Positions 7,953 to 18,095 of a stretch of DNA of 64,000 bases are shown piece by piece. Location of the stretch: IMG/VR virus record IMGVR_UViG_3300032288_004964, positions 124,001-188,000 of that record; one strand, given 5' to 3'. The translations under genes were made by a program, and so were the position numbers. A model generated the notes under the pieces. That model was not told where the DNA came from and ran no database searches. It saw only the letters and a program-made list of their open reading frames with translations. Every line of letters begins with the position of its first letter. Position 1 is the stretch's first letter.

Positions 7953-9920
7953 ATGAAACTACATAAGTATAATCAATTTTTAGGTGAAAAGCCATTAAAT
8001 GAAAATCTTGATAAGGCTAAAAAGTTCTTAAAAGATAGATTTATTATATCTACAGCTGTTAAGGATTTAGATTTATTAAAAGGTGAGCTAGCTGCTCAAA
8101 TGGAACATGGTGAAAAAAGAACTTTAAGTTTAAAAGATTTTACACCAGAACAACAAGATGAACTTAGAAAAAAAATCAGAGAGATTAAACTTACTGATGA
8201 ACAGATAAGAAATATTGAAAGAGAACCTGATTTTGTTAAATTAAGAGAATTATTAAAAGATAATTTAGGTTATTTATATAACTTCACTTATATGTATTTT
8301 GTAGAAATGGTTTCTTTTGATGAGATTAAATCTATGTATGATAGAGTTCTTAGTTATGGTCAATTACTAGACAAACTTCCTAAGAAATTTGATGCTAACT
8401 TTATTGATCCAAATGTTCCAAACAATGCTGAAAAGTTAGTTGATGGTTTAGATACATTAGAAGATTATAAAAAGATTAAAAAAGTAGTTGATAAATTAAC
8501 TCCTGAACTTAAAAGAGATTATACAGCAGCTCCTGAAATGATTAAAGATGAATTTGCTCAAGTAGCAAGAGCATTTAATGATTTAGGTAAGAAAAGTGAT
8601 GGTACTATTGATGAGGTTGAAAGAGAAAAGTTATGGAAAACTTTCTTTGGTGAAGTTAGAATTATTGATTCTGATCAAGTAATTCACGGTAAAGCTTATA
8701 AGAAAGGTGATAAAAGGTATTTTGGTCCACTTTTTAGATATAAAAATATTAGAGAGTTTATTAAAGCCGCTCAAAATCACTTAAAAGCATCTGATAATAA
8801 AGATACTATCGCTTTCTATGATAAGATTAATAAATGTAATGAAAAGTTTGGATATTTAGGCGCTGATGTTATGTTTGATGAAGAAGGTATATTAATAATT
8901 GAAGTTAAATCATTCCCAGCTAATGTATTCTTAAACGGTCACACAAGACACTGTATTAAAGATTACATGAGTCAGTGGGATAATTATGTAGGTAATCATA
9001 ATAATAAACAATATTATATTTATAACTTTAATATTCCTCAATATAATAACTTATCTGTTATTGGTGTTACAATTGAACCAGCTCAAAGAATTAGAGCGGC
9101 TCACGCTAAAGATGATAGTAATGTAGCAGGAACAATTAAAAACATTCTAAAGAATTGGGAAAGTGAGTATAAAATAGATACTGATTTATTTACTAATGCT
9201 CTTAAATCAATGACTAAAGAAGAAATTGATAGAAGAGAAAGAGCTAAAGTAGCTGAAAGAGAAATTGTTAGAAAAGGATTAACAATTGAACAAATACTTA
9301 AATATGTAAAAGAAGACGGTGCTAATATTAATAAAGATAATGCTAAGGCACTTGAAAATGCAGTAGAAGAAGGTAATATAGAAAAAGTAAAGGTTTGCTT
9401 AGAATTGGGAGCTTCTCCTAACTTAAAACCTAAAGGACCAGATGCTATTATATCAAAAGCTAAAGGATTAGATATGATTAAATTATTAGTATCTCATGGT
9501 GCTGAATTAACTGGAGATGTATTCAATCAGGTTCTTAGTGATATGGAAGCTCTTGAATATTGCCTTAAAGCTGGATTGGATCCTAACTTTAGTGCATCAC
9601 TTCCTTTTAGAAAAGTTTGTAAAGGTTCTTGGAAAAACAAAGATGAAATTGGAGAAGGTTATTTTGAACCATTTAAAATGTTACTTAAATTTGGTGCTAA
9701 ATTAACTGATGATAGAGGTAGAAATATGATTATTAAATGGGCAGCTGAATATGGTAGGATAGATTTTATTAAGTATTTAGTAGAAAATGGTTTAGATAAA
9801 TCATTTACTGACGGTGACTGGAAAGAAGCTATTACTTGGATTAATCACGCAAGAAAAATGCCAGAGGCTACTAAGAATGAGGTTGTTAAATATTTACAAT
9901 CTAATATAAAAGAAAAATAA
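7953..9920 (+). CDS. Protein with C-terminal ankyrin repeats and CTS-like N-terminus
   Basis: GANIN..ALENAVEEGNIEKVKVCLELGASPN and WAAEYGRIDFIKYLVENG are ankyrin-like. Confidence 0.75.
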   Translation: MKLHKYNQFLGEKPLNENLDKAKKFLKDRFIISTAVKDLDLLKGELAAQMEHGEKRTLSLKDFTPEQQDELRKKIREIKLTDEQIRNIEREPDFVKLRELLKDNLGYLYNFTYMYFVEMVSFDEIKSMYDRVLSYGQLLDKLPKKFDANFIDPNVPNNAEKLVDGLDTLEDYKKIKKVVDKLTPELKRDYTAAPEMIKDEFAQVARAFNDLGKKSDGTIDEVEREKLWKTFFGEVRIIDSDQVIHGKAYKKGDKRYFGPLFRYKNIREFIKAAQNHLKASDNKDTIAFYDKINKCNEKFGYLGADVMFDEEGILIIEVKSFPANVFLNGHTRHCIKDYMSQWDNYVGNHNNKQYYIYNFNIPQYNNLSVIGVTIEPAQRIRAAHAKDDSNVAGTIKNILKNWESEYKIDTDLFTNALKSMTKEEIDRRERAKVAEREIVRKGLTIEQILKYVKEDGANINKDNAKALENAVEEGNIEKVKVCLELGASPNLKPKGPDAIISKAKGLDMIKLLVSHGAELTGDVFNQVLSDMEALEYCLKAGLDPNFSASLPFRKVCKGSWKNKDEIGEGYFEPFKMLLKFGAKLTDDRGRNMIIKWAAEYGRIDFIKYLVENGLDKSFTDGDWKEAITWINHARKMPEATKNEVVKYLQSNIKEK

Positions 9921-9921
9921 T

Positions 9922-9949
9922 AAAAAACCCACTCTAAAGTGGGTTTTTT
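9922..9949 (+). terminator. Intrinsic terminator
   Basis: AAAAAACCCACT-CTAA-AGTGGGTTTTTT. Confidence 0.8.
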
Positions 9950-9966
9950 ATTTGATATATACTTCA

Positions 9967-9974
9967 TATATTTG
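9967..9974 (+). promoter_or_regulatory. Bacteroidota-type -7 box TAnnTTTG
   Basis: TATATTTG 4 nt upstream of ATG 9979; same octamer found at five other gene starts. Confidence 0.55.
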
Positions 9975-9978
9975 TTAA

Positions 9979-10206
9979 ATGAAAACAGGTTCAAGGGATA
10001 TAAATGGTAATTGGGTTGATGAAACACCACAAGCCAAATTAAGAAATATGTTAGGCTCATTTTGGACTTTATCTGAAATTATAAATGATAATCCAGAAAT
10101 TTTAACAGATAAAGAAGGGTTAGAATTGATAAAACAACTAGCTAAAACTTGTGAAGATCATAAAGATATAATTACAAATCTAATTAGCGAAACATGCAAG
10201 AAATAA
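9979..10206 (+). CDS. Hypothetical protein
   Basis: 75-aa ORF with its own promoter-like box. Confidence 0.6.
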   Translation: MKTGSRDINGNWVDETPQAKLRNMLGSFWTLSEIINDNPEILTDKEGLELIKQLAKTCEDHKDIITNLISETCKK

Positions 10207-10253
10207 CTTGGGATATATACGGTAATCCTGTTCTTCTAGATATAGAAGAATAA

Positions 10254-11264
10254 CTACTTTTTAAGTATTTGATGACTCTGAAGTAGTTTATTAAAATCAA
10301 AATAGTCCTTTTCTATTATAAATAGAAAATTATAACCATTCATCACACAATACTTTTCCTTCATTATATTTTTATCCAAATCAATATTATAAGTATAACT
10401 TGATTTTATTTCAATTATCAAATTTAGTTTTTCTATAAAAAAATCAGAATGATATGTGTGATTAGTGTTATTTGATTCTAAGATATATTCAATCGATGGT
10501 CCATTTGAAATTAAATCTATAATATTATTATTTTCACAATAATTCAAAAAATCTAACTCATATGAACCCTGTGTGAATAACTCATCATTATAGTATATTA
10601 TTTTATAAGATGATAGTAATTGTTTTTTAAAAACATTACAATCTTTCATTGGGTTTGTGACACCGTAGTTTAATAAAAAAGAGTTCTTCTTTTTATTCTT
10701 AACCTCTTCTATTTTTGAAACATTATTTACTCCGTAGTTAATTAATAATCTATCAACCATTTTATTTTTTATTTCATCTGATTGACTTGGATGTTTAACT
10801 CCATATCTTCTAATCATTCCTTCGGTCATTAGTTCTCTAATCTTGAAAGGACTATCTACTCCATAATTTAAAAGTGTAGTTTTTGATTTTTTATCTTTTA
10901 TTTCTTTAGATTTAGATGGATTATCTACTCCATAGTTCTTTAAGAAGGTCTTTATTTTTTTATCTTGAAAGTCCTTATTTAGTGATAAGTTATTATTTTT
11001 AAAATAAAATGATCTTTTTTTTAGTCCACAAGTCTTACAACTATAAATTCCATTTCTTTTTACATTTAAATTATATTTTGAATATCTAATTTCAGATTCA
11101 CTATTACATAAATCACAAATAGCAATAATTTTTACTTGAGATGACTTTTTTAAATCAATCACTTTTATTTCAATCTCATCATTTGAAAAGTCATATCCTA
11201 AATTTGAATAGTTTTGTTTTAGACCAGATGTTACTTTAAATTTTATAAATTTATCCTTTATCAT
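10254..11264 (-). CDS. Putative free-standing homing endonuclease (Zn-ribbon, YGV.NP repeats, PD-(D/E)XK-like C-terminus)
   Basis: CDLC and CKTC; five NYGVDNPS-type repeats; YHSDFFI...IIEIKS. Confidence 0.7.
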   Translation of the reverse strand: MIKDKFIKFKVTSGLKQNYSNLGYDFSNDEIEIKVIDLKKSSQVKIIAICDLCNSESEIRYSKYNLNVKRNGIYSCKTCGLKKRSFYFKNNNLSLNKDFQDKKIKTFLKNYGVDNPSKSKEIKDKKSKTTLLNYGVDSPFKIRELMTEGMIRRYGVKHPSQSDEIKNKMVDRLLINYGVNNVSKIEEVKNKKKNSFLLNYGVTNPMKDCNVFKKQLLSSYKIIYYNDELFTQGSYELDFLNYCENNNIIDLISNGPSIEYILESNNTNHTYHSDFFIEKLNLIIEIKSSYTYNIDLDKNIMKEKYCVMNGYNFLFIIEKDYFDFNKLLQSHQILKK

Positions 11265-11281
11265 AAGGTATATATTAAAAC

Positions 11282-11995
11282 CTACATATTCCTTTTGAGG
11301 ATTTGATAGATAGTAAAACTATCATTAACATCCTCATATGGTTTGGGAACTGTTGAGATGCTTAAAATATCTGATTTTACTAACTTACAGTGTTTTGTCC
11401 AATAATCATCCCAGTTTTTATTTTCCACTATGGACATAAACATTTCGGTTTTGGTGAATTTTCCGCCAGAAATTCCTATTGCATTTCTCCAAATGAATTC
11501 CTGTCTCGGTTTCTTACCACCAACCTCTTTAATAATAGGTGGATAAGTTAATTTACAAGATTCTAATTTAAGCGTTGATGGCGAAAGAACTGTGATGTCC
11601 TCAGATACTTTATCAAATAACTTTTTTCTTAAAAGAGTTGAGAATGTAACTAAATCTATAATATCACCTGCAGTTGATGAAAATGAATAACCTTCAATTC
11701 CAATCTTTGTAGGTTTAGTAGGGTCAATATTATCTAAAATGTCTTTGATAATACCATCAGTTATTCTATCATAATCTTTTAACTTTATAAGTTCTCCCTC
11801 TGAATAATCTTCAAATTCTCTATATTCAATAAATCTATAAGTTACATATTGTTCAGCCATTTTGAACCATTTTTTGATTCCGGTTTTACCAAATGCTGAT
11901 GATTCTCTACAATAGTTAAACATCTTGAAAGTATCACCAGAAGTGACAACAAGAGCGGTTGATATTAAAGATGGGTCTATAGCGACAATATTCAT
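11282..11995 (-). CDS. RuvC-like Holliday junction resolvase
   Basis: IVAIDPSL.ST, IGIEGYS and D..DS acidic RNase H-fold motifs. Confidence 0.7.
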   Translation of the reverse strand: MNIVAIDPSLISTALVVTSGDTFKMFNYCRESSAFGKTGIKKWFKMAEQYVTYRFIEYREFEDYSEGELIKLKDYDRITDGIIKDILDNIDPTKPTKIGIEGYSFSSTAGDIIDLVTFSTLLRKKLFDKVSEDITVLSPSTLKLESCKLTYPPIIKEVGGKKPRQEFIWRNAIGISGGKFTKTEMFMSIVENKNWDDYWTKHCKLVKSDILSISTVPKPYEDVNDSFTIYQILKRNM

Positions 11996-12074
11996 AGTCT
12001 ATATAGTAAGATTCTACCCTTCTATCAACAAAGCGTTATTTTTATGATATGTGATTTTTAATATATAGATTATT

Positions 12075-12809
12075 ATGAAGTATATTAAGAATTTTAATCA
12101 AATAAATGAATTAGTTAAAAATGTAACTCTTATCAATAGTTACTGTAAATCAATTTATTCAGAAATTTTGAAAATTAACAGTGATGTTAAGATGGATATA
12201 GAAGATGGTAGTATTAAGAGACGTGCGTCCTTTACCGGTCTTAAAGCTCAAGATTCTTCAAATCTTAAGAGGATTTTAAATAAATGGAAATCTTCTTTAG
12301 AAAAAGAAGATATTATTTTATCTTTTCGTGAGCCAACAGAAGAATGGATATCGGTCAACCAACTTGCCATTTACTTTAAAAATAAAATGACTATTAGAGT
12401 TCATCCAAATAGATGGATATTCCATTTTACAAAAGAATCAAAAAAGAATGATATTATAAAGAATGGATTAATACCACATGCTACTGGTGATCCTGGCTCT
12501 GCAACAAAAGGTGGAAACTGGGAGTATCCAAAATCCATATTTGCTATGAATAGTTATGGTAAATCATGGGGAGGTGGACGTGTAATATTCGCTATTAAAA
12601 CTTCTGGATTAAAAAATAAATGGTGGTATGATTTAAATCTCTACGATTCTTCCTCCGGTACAGATGCTATTATGACATTTGAACCTATATCACCAGATAA
12701 CATATATGAAATAAACCCAGAACAATACCGTAGAATTTGCTCATTACCAATGATGGGGTTCTCTGGTGAATCTCTTGATAGAAAGGTGATGGAAATTTTG
12801 GAAAAATAA
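12075..12809 (+). CDS. CTS-tagged protein with putative ADP-ribosyltransferase-fold (KptA/Tpt1-like) C-terminal domain
   Basis: IFHFT...IIKNGLIP...IFA...IFAIKT...EPISPDNI; starts MKYIKNFNQINE. Confidence 0.5.
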   Translation: MKYIKNFNQINELVKNVTLINSYCKSIYSEILKINSDVKMDIEDGSIKRRASFTGLKAQDSSNLKRILNKWKSSLEKEDIILSFREPTEEWISVNQLAIYFKNKMTIRVHPNRWIFHFTKESKKNDIIKNGLIPHATGDPGSATKGGNWEYPKSIFAMNSYGKSWGGGRVIFAIKTSGLKNKWWYDLNLYDSSSGTDAIMTFEPISPDNIYEINPEQYRRICSLPMMGFSGESLDRKVMEILEK

Positions 12810-12813
12810 ATTA

Positions 12814-13227
12814 TTAGTGTTTTTTATAATTAAATCTGTTTTGATTCTCAGGAACATGACCTATTTTGGATATTACTAATTCATAGTAAGCATCAGTTGA
12901 TCCAAAGTCTGATGTATAAACTTCTAGCCCATATTGTTTTAATTGAGAACTAACATCTGATATTAATTCAAACACTTTTGGCTCAATATAATGAAGAACA
13001 GGCATATCGGATGGAAAATTAATTGTCTTATCATACAATTCAATTACAAAACAATTATCATCTTCTTCTATTAAAGATGATTGTAATGAGCTTTCAACCG
13101 ACCAATCTAAGTTAGGAAATTCATCAGTAATATAATACATTATTTCTCCTAATTCAGCATATGTAATACCAAAGTCATTTTGAAGAGAGAATTTTTCTAC
13201 TATAAACTGGTGAAATTTCTTTATCAT
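12814..13227 (-). CDS. Hypothetical protein with CTS-like N-terminus
   Basis: Start moved to 13227 (MIKKFHQFIVE), 4 nt after AATATATA; this removes the overlap with the next gene. Confidence 0.7.
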   Translation of the reverse strand: MIKKFHQFIVEKFSLQNDFGITYAELGEIMYYITDEFPNLDWSVESSLQSSLIEEDDNCFVIELYDKTINFPSDMPVLHYIEPKVFELISDVSSQLKQYGLEVYTSDFGSTDAYYELVISKIGHVPENQNRFNYKKH

Positions 13228-13264
13228 AATGTATATATTATTTTGATATTCCATATATTTATAG

Positions 13265-13272
13265 TATATTTG
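13265..13272 (+). promoter_or_regulatory. Bacteroidota-type promoter (-7 TATATTTG; TTTG 19 nt upstream)
   Basis: TTTG at 13242-13245 plus TATATTTG at 13265-13272. Confidence 0.65.
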
Positions 13273-13288
13273 TATAAATAAAACCACT

Positions 13289-13741
13289 ATGACAGGACAT
13301 AAATTAAATAACTCAGAAGCTCTTAAATTTATCTTTGCTGGTAAATCAATTGTTACTTTACTTAATTCAAAAACTGGTAATAGATTCACTTTTAAAATAA
13401 AAGCCGCTAAAAATTCTAATCTTTATTTTGTTAGTGTTTTAACTAATCCCGAAACCTACTCCTATATTGGAACTTGCACTGAAGGATTTTTTAGACACGG
13501 TAAGAAATCAGTGATTTCTAAAGAAGCTCAGTCTGTTAAAGTATTTGAATATGTTCTTAATAAATTAAAAATAAATAACCTACCCGACTTTGTTGAGGTT
13601 TGGCATGAAGGAAAGTGTGGAAAATGTGGTAGAACACTTACTGTTCCTTCAAGTATCATCACTGGAATCGGACCAGAATGTGCTAAATCCTTGTCTAAGG
13701 CAGATAAAAGAGACAACTTCCTTAAATTAATACTTTCATGA
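13289..13741 (+). CDS. DUF6011-like Zn-finger protein
   Basis: HEGKCGKCGRTLTVPSSI..GIGPEC. Confidence 0.75.
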   Translation: MTGHKLNNSEALKFIFAGKSIVTLLNSKTGNRFTFKIKAAKNSNLYFVSVLTNPETYSYIGTCTEGFFRHGKKSVISKEAQSVKVFEYVLNKLKINNLPDFVEVWHEGKCGKCGRTLTVPSSIITGIGPECAKSLSKADKRDNFLKLILS

Positions 13742-14196
13742 TAAAATTTATATTCTTAACTATTCCTTTTATTTTTGTTATTTTTTTCTTCTTTCTTAAA
13801 AAGAGGAGAAAATCTATTTCTTTTGAGATTAGATATGGTCTTAAATGTTATTCTTGCATGGAGGATCTAACAGAAGATGGGGATTATTTTTTGGGGTCTC
13901 ATTCTAAAGAAGAGATAAAGATATGTAAAGTTTGTAATAGAGAGGAAAAATTTAATACTTTACATGATAAGTTTAATGTTAATAGAGTAAAAAGATTTCT
14001 TCTTTCTAAAAAATCTGAAAAATTTCAAAATATTATTTTGATGTTATCAATTGTATTTATAGCTATAGATGCTACTTTAATTTACAGATATAATATTAGA
14101 TGGTTTTGGATATTTAATAGTATAGCTAACCTAATATTCTGGTTAATTTTCTTTCTAAGATACTATGTTACTACAATAAAAAAACCCTCTAATTAA
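13738..14196 (+). CDS. Membrane protein with CxxC...CxxC
   Basis: N-terminal TM, CYSC/CKVC, two C-terminal TMs. Confidence 0.65.
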   Translation: MIKFIFLTIPFIFVIFFFFLKKRRKSISFEIRYGLKCYSCMEDLTEDGDYFLGSHSKEEIKICKVCNREEKFNTLHDKFNVNRVKRFLLSKKSEKFQNIILMLSIVFIAIDATLIYRYNIRWFWIFNSIANLIFWLIFFLRYYVTTIKKPSN

Positions 14197-14207
14197 AGAG
14201 GGTTTTT
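14178..14207. terminator. Bidirectional intrinsic terminator
   Basis: AAAAACCCTCT-AATTAA-AGAGGGTTTTT. Confidence 0.8.
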
Positions 14208-14240
14208 AGGGCCGACCAATTTTGCCGACGATCCACCACC

Positions 14241-14453
14241 TTATTTTTCTAAACAAGGAAACTTATTTTTATCAATATAATTGACAACTCCTCTTATGAA
14301 TAACTCTTTTATGACTGATTCACAAGTGTATGTTTTGTCATAATAAAACTCAATGTTTTGTTTGACATTCTCCATACCCACTTTATATAAATCATCGACT
14401 GAAAAGTTTTTAACATTTCTTTGTCTTAGTAGTTCTTGAATTAAATGTCTCAT
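14241..14453 (-). CDS. Hypothetical protein
   Basis: 70-aa ORF co-oriented with uvsX. Confidence 0.5.
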   Translation of the reverse strand: MRHLIQELLRQRNVKNFSVDDLYKVGMENVKQNIEFYYDKTYTCESVIKELFIRGVVNYIDKNKFPCLEK

Positions 14454-14473
14454 TGAATTTAACTTATTTTTTA

Positions 14474-14650
14474 TTATTTTGATGCTTTTCCTTCAGCTGT
14501 TGAAGCCGCTCTATATGGAGTAATTAATTTCTTAATCTCACCTAAAGCCTTACGAGCATCTGCATCAGACTTCTTAGTTGTTTTGTTATGATTAGTATCA
14601 AATGATTCCCATAACTTTTTTAATTCTACATAAAGTTCTTGTTTGTTCAT
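14474..14650 (-). CDS. Histone H1-like (Hc1-family) small basic protein
   Basis: KKSDADARKALGEIKKLITPYRAAS resembles the Bacteroidota Hc1 RARK..L.K..K.YR..S pattern; start moved to MNKQ. Confidence 0.55.
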   Translation of the reverse strand: MNKQELYVELKKLWESFDTNHNKTTKKSDADARKALGEIKKLITPYRAASTAEGKASK

Positions 14651-14694
14651 ATTATTTATTTTATTTTTGTAACCCAATTAAGGGTTTGGTTTTA

Positions 14695-15927
14695 CTAACT
14701 AAAGATATCATCCGCATCTGCTGAATCAACAAATCCATTTGAATCATCATCTTCATCATCACCCATTACTTCATTAAATTTCTTTTCAACTTCTTCAATC
14801 TCATCTAATGATTTAAATCTGAAATAATCATTTACAATTGGTGCCATTTTTTCTAAAACTGTTGGTGTAAATATCTCAGCAGAAAATAGTTGTTTAGTTG
14901 GAACTGATTTATTTAAGTGATTTACATACCATCTGTTACCACCAGGTACAAAAGTCATTTCTCCTGTTTTCTTATCAACATCCATTTTACCACAAGCAAT
15001 TCCTATTTGATCAAAATACTCTGGTCTACAGAATGCGTCTAATCCAGTATATGGATTCATACCATGTGCAAAAGAGATATCAAATCTAATTTTCTTTGGT
15101 TTAGCCATACGGTTTTTTGATGTTTTGAAAAGAACTGAAATACCTGATTGACCTAAATCCATATCATCTTCTTCTCCTGTTTTTAGTTTAGATTTGCTCA
15201 TAAATCCAATTACTGATGCTGAATACAATAAACCATTACCTCCCTTTAATTTCTCGGCTGGATAGAGATCTAAAGTTAAGTATGTATGGTTACAAACGAT
15301 CATAGGTATTTCCAAATATCCTAAATCTGTATTAATAGATCTGAACATAGATCCTAAAGCTTTTGCTTTTGTCATATCTTGTTTAATATCACCTTTTAAT
15401 AAATCTGCTTTTTCTTTATTTGATGCCATTTGACCAAGTGAGTCAAGTACAATCATTAGTTTAGGTATTTCGTATCCATCTAACTTTTGTTGTTTTAAAT
15501 CATCAACTAGTTGTGTTAATAAAATATTAACATCTTCTACTTTATTAGATCTAATTAGTCTGAATTTTTCTAAAGATGGATCAATTCCAAATTTTGGTAA
15601 ATCTTCTAAGTCAATTGCTTGTTCAGTATCAATATAAATAACTGAATATCCTGCTTTCTGTGCGTGTTTAGAAACAGAATAAGCGATAAATGATTTACCT
15701 GCTCCTGATTCTCCAGCGAATGCTGTTATTCTATTAGTAGCCACACCACCACCTAATAATTTACCAGATAAAGCAGCGTCTAATAAATAAACTCCTGTTG
15801 TGATGAATTTCTTTTCTTTAATTTCTTTTTCAATTTGAATAGGAATTGATTTTGCTATATTATCTAAAATCGAACCAATCTTACTGAATTCGAATTTTTT
15901 TACTTCTTTTGCTTCCTTTTTAGCCAT
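14695..15927 (-). CDS. uvsX: UvsX/RecA-like recombinase
   Basis: Walker A GESGAGKS; YIDTE; IVLDSLG; NHTY; GG.GL.YSAS. Confidence 0.9.
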   Translation of the reverse strand: MAKKEAKEVKKFEFSKIGSILDNIAKSIPIQIEKEIKEKKFITTGVYLLDAALSGKLLGGGVATNRITAFAGESGAGKSFIAYSVSKHAQKAGYSVIYIDTEQAIDLEDLPKFGIDPSLEKFRLIRSNKVEDVNILLTQLVDDLKQQKLDGYEIPKLMIVLDSLGQMASNKEKADLLKGDIKQDMTKAKALGSMFRSINTDLGYLEIPMIVCNHTYLTLDLYPAEKLKGGNGLLYSASVIGFMSKSKLKTGEEDDMDLGQSGISVLFKTSKNRMAKPKKIRFDISFAHGMNPYTGLDAFCRPEYFDQIGIACGKMDVDKKTGEMTFVPGGNRWYVNHLNKSVPTKQLFSAEIFTPTVLEKMAPIVNDYFRFKSLDEIEEVEKKFNEVMGDDEDDDSNGFVDSADADDIFS

Positions 15928-15967
15928 TTTTAATTAATTATTTTTATACTTTATATATAAATTTTTC

Positions 15968-16023
15968 ATTCCCCCTTTTAACATTTTTATTAAAATACCT
16001 AAATAAAAATCAAAAGGGGGAAT
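15968..16023. repeat. Perfect 12-bp inverted repeat between divergent uvsX and endonuclease genes
   Basis: ATTCCCCCTTTT (15968-15979) and AAAAGGGGGAAT (16012-16023). Confidence 0.8.
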
Positions 16024-16043
16024 ATATTTTTAATATATACTAT

Positions 16044-17108
16044 ATGACTAAGCAAGAATTTCTATATAGAGCTAGAGAAAAACACGGATATAAATATCAA
16101 TATCCCAATCTAAGTGATAAAATTTTATCAAATGATGATATAGATATAATTTATAATGATGTTTTGTATAAGCAAAAAGTAGTTAAACATATAACTTTGG
16201 GTAGATGTCCTGAAAAAAATACACCTAAAAAAACAACAGAGGATTTTATTAGAGAGGCTGAGGAAGTTTGGGGTAAAGGAAAATATGATTACTCATTAAC
16301 AGAGTACAAGGGAGCTCTTAGAAATATTAAAGTTATATATGATGGTATAGTATTTAACCAAATAGCATCTACACACTTAAGATCTGCTCCTGAATTAAAT
16401 ATGAATAGAGATTGGTTTATTAAGAGGTCTCAAGATAAATGGGGAAAAGATAAATATGATTACTCTTTAGTTGAGTATAAACATTGTAAGTCAAAAGTTA
16501 AAATAATATATAATAAGACAGGAGAGGTATTTGAACAAACTCCACACTTACACTTATATAGAGCACCTGAAAATATTAAATTAGCTGTTAGAAAAACAAC
16601 AGAACAATTTATAAAGGAATCAAATATAGTACATGATAATAAATATTTATATGATAAGACAGAGTATATTAAAAATCAAATAAAAGTTATTATAACTTGT
16701 CCTATACATGGTGACTTCTCTCAAATACCACTTTCTCATATACAAGGTAGTGGATGTCCAAATTGTAATGAATCTAAGGGTGAGAAAGAAATTGCAAAGT
16801 TTCTCAATAAGTATGATATAAATTATGATAGACAACATAAATTTTCAGATTGTAAAAATATATTTCAACTACCTTTTGACTTCTATATTCCTTCTATTCG
16901 TACTTGTATTGAGTTTGATGGTAAACAACATTATGAACCAATTGATTACTTTGGGGGAGTAAAAGCTTATGAGTCACTTAAACTAAATGATAAAATCAAA
17001 TCTGACTATTGTGAAGATAATTATATTAGTTTAATTAGGATTAGATATGATCAGATTGATGATATTTGGAGAATACTTTGGGATAATCTAAAGGAACATA
17101 TTAAATAA
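16044..17108 (+). CDS. Putative free-standing homing endonuclease (KYDYS repeats, C-terminal very-short-patch/PD-(D/E)XK-like nuclease)
   Basis: Repeated F..RA...G.KYDYS.VEY; CPIHG...GCPNC; PFDFY...IEFDGKQH...D..K...LIRI. Confidence 0.75.
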   Translation: MTKQEFLYRAREKHGYKYQYPNLSDKILSNDDIDIIYNDVLYKQKVVKHITLGRCPEKNTPKKTTEDFIREAEEVWGKGKYDYSLTEYKGALRNIKVIYDGIVFNQIASTHLRSAPELNMNRDWFIKRSQDKWGKDKYDYSLVEYKHCKSKVKIIYNKTGEVFEQTPHLHLYRAPENIKLAVRKTTEQFIKESNIVHDNKYLYDKTEYIKNQIKVIITCPIHGDFSQIPLSHIQGSGCPNCNESKGEKEIAKFLNKYDINYDRQHKFSDCKNIFQLPFDFYIPSIRTCIEFDGKQHYEPIDYFGGVKAYESLKLNDKIKSDYCEDNYISLIRIRYDQIDDIWRILWDNLKEHIK

Positions 17109-17661
17109 TTTCCATATCTTCTATATTTCTTGTTACCCACATAGGAACAACAATTCTATCACCAGATTCTATAGTATTTACCTTATGTAAACACCTTTCA
17201 TCACTTGTAAATATAACAATAGAACCTTTTTTTGGAATACTAACATAGTTATCTATAACTGTTTCACCACCTTTGTAATTATCATTTATGTATGTTACTG
17301 ATGAATAATGTCTATTATTAAATTCACTTTGTTCATACCCATTATCTTTATGTAGTTCCATTCTTTTACCACATCTCCATAAAACAATATCTGTGAGAAC
17401 TGGAAATAATACTTCATTATATAAAGATGATGATATATCAGTAACTTTTCTTCTATGGTTGTCTAGAATTTCCTTTACTACTTTATCTTCAACTTTTTTT
17501 ATTGAAATTCTATCACCATCAAACCATGGTAGAGTATCTATGTTATAAGAGTCCTTTTTGCACTTATCTATCATAAAATTTGATAATATATCACATTCTT
17601 GTTCAGTTATAAAGTTATCAAATCTGTGTATTAAAGGATTGTTTGTTTCTACTTTAAACAT
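17101..17661 (-). CDS. 2OG-Fe(II) oxygenase (prolyl-hydroxylase-like)
   Basis: LHKD...YINDNYKGGE...LHKV..I.SGDR. Confidence 0.85.
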   Translation of the reverse strand: MFKVETNNPLIHRFDNFITEQECDILSNFMIDKCKKDSYNIDTLPWFDGDRISIKKVEDKVVKEILDNHRRKVTDISSSLYNEVLFPVLTDIVLWRCGKRMELHKDNGYEQSEFNNRHYSSVTYINDNYKGGETVIDNYVSIPKKGSIVIFTSDERCLHKVNTIESGDRIVVPMWVTRNIEDMEII

Positions 17662-18095
17662 TATTTCTTTTTTTCGTGTCTTTCTTTAGCTTCTTCTACT
17701 TTTCTTTTCATCTTATCTTTATAAGATTCTTCTTTTTCAACACCAAGTTCTTTAGCCTTTTTGTCATATTCTTTTTGAAGTTCTTTGATTCTTTTAGCTA
17801 ATTCTTCAAGTTCTTTTTTACTATTAGCATCAACTGACTCATTGAATTCTTCTTCTTTAACATCTAAGTCAAAATAGTTTTTTAGAACTTTAATAGTGTC
17901 TACATCATTTGCCATATACCATAATTCTGGTGGAAGTAAAGAAACTTTTTGATCAGCTATTAACTCACCTAATTCAGCTTCATTTGAAAATAATTCAGCT
18001 TCAGTTTCATTAATATCTAATTTAGCAGATCCATTTGTTTGAGGTCCGGGAACTTGTTTATTTTCATTTACAAACTGATTGTATTTCTTTATCAT
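17661..18095 (-). CDS. Hypothetical protein with CTS-like N-terminus
   Basis: Starts MIKKYNQFVNE; internal FNE-S. Confidence 0.7.
   Translation of the reverse strand: MIKKYNQFVNENKQVPGPQTNGSAKLDINETEAELFSNEAELGELIADQKVSLLPPELWYMANDVDTIKVLKNYFDLDVKEEEFNESVDANSKKELEELAKRIKELQKEYDKKAKELGVEKEESYKDKMKRKVEEAKERHEKKK

Noticed and set aside
14209-14240. GC-rich patch with a GCCGAC direct repeat next to a terminator
   Set aside because: Too short and single-copy; no convincing structure or function.
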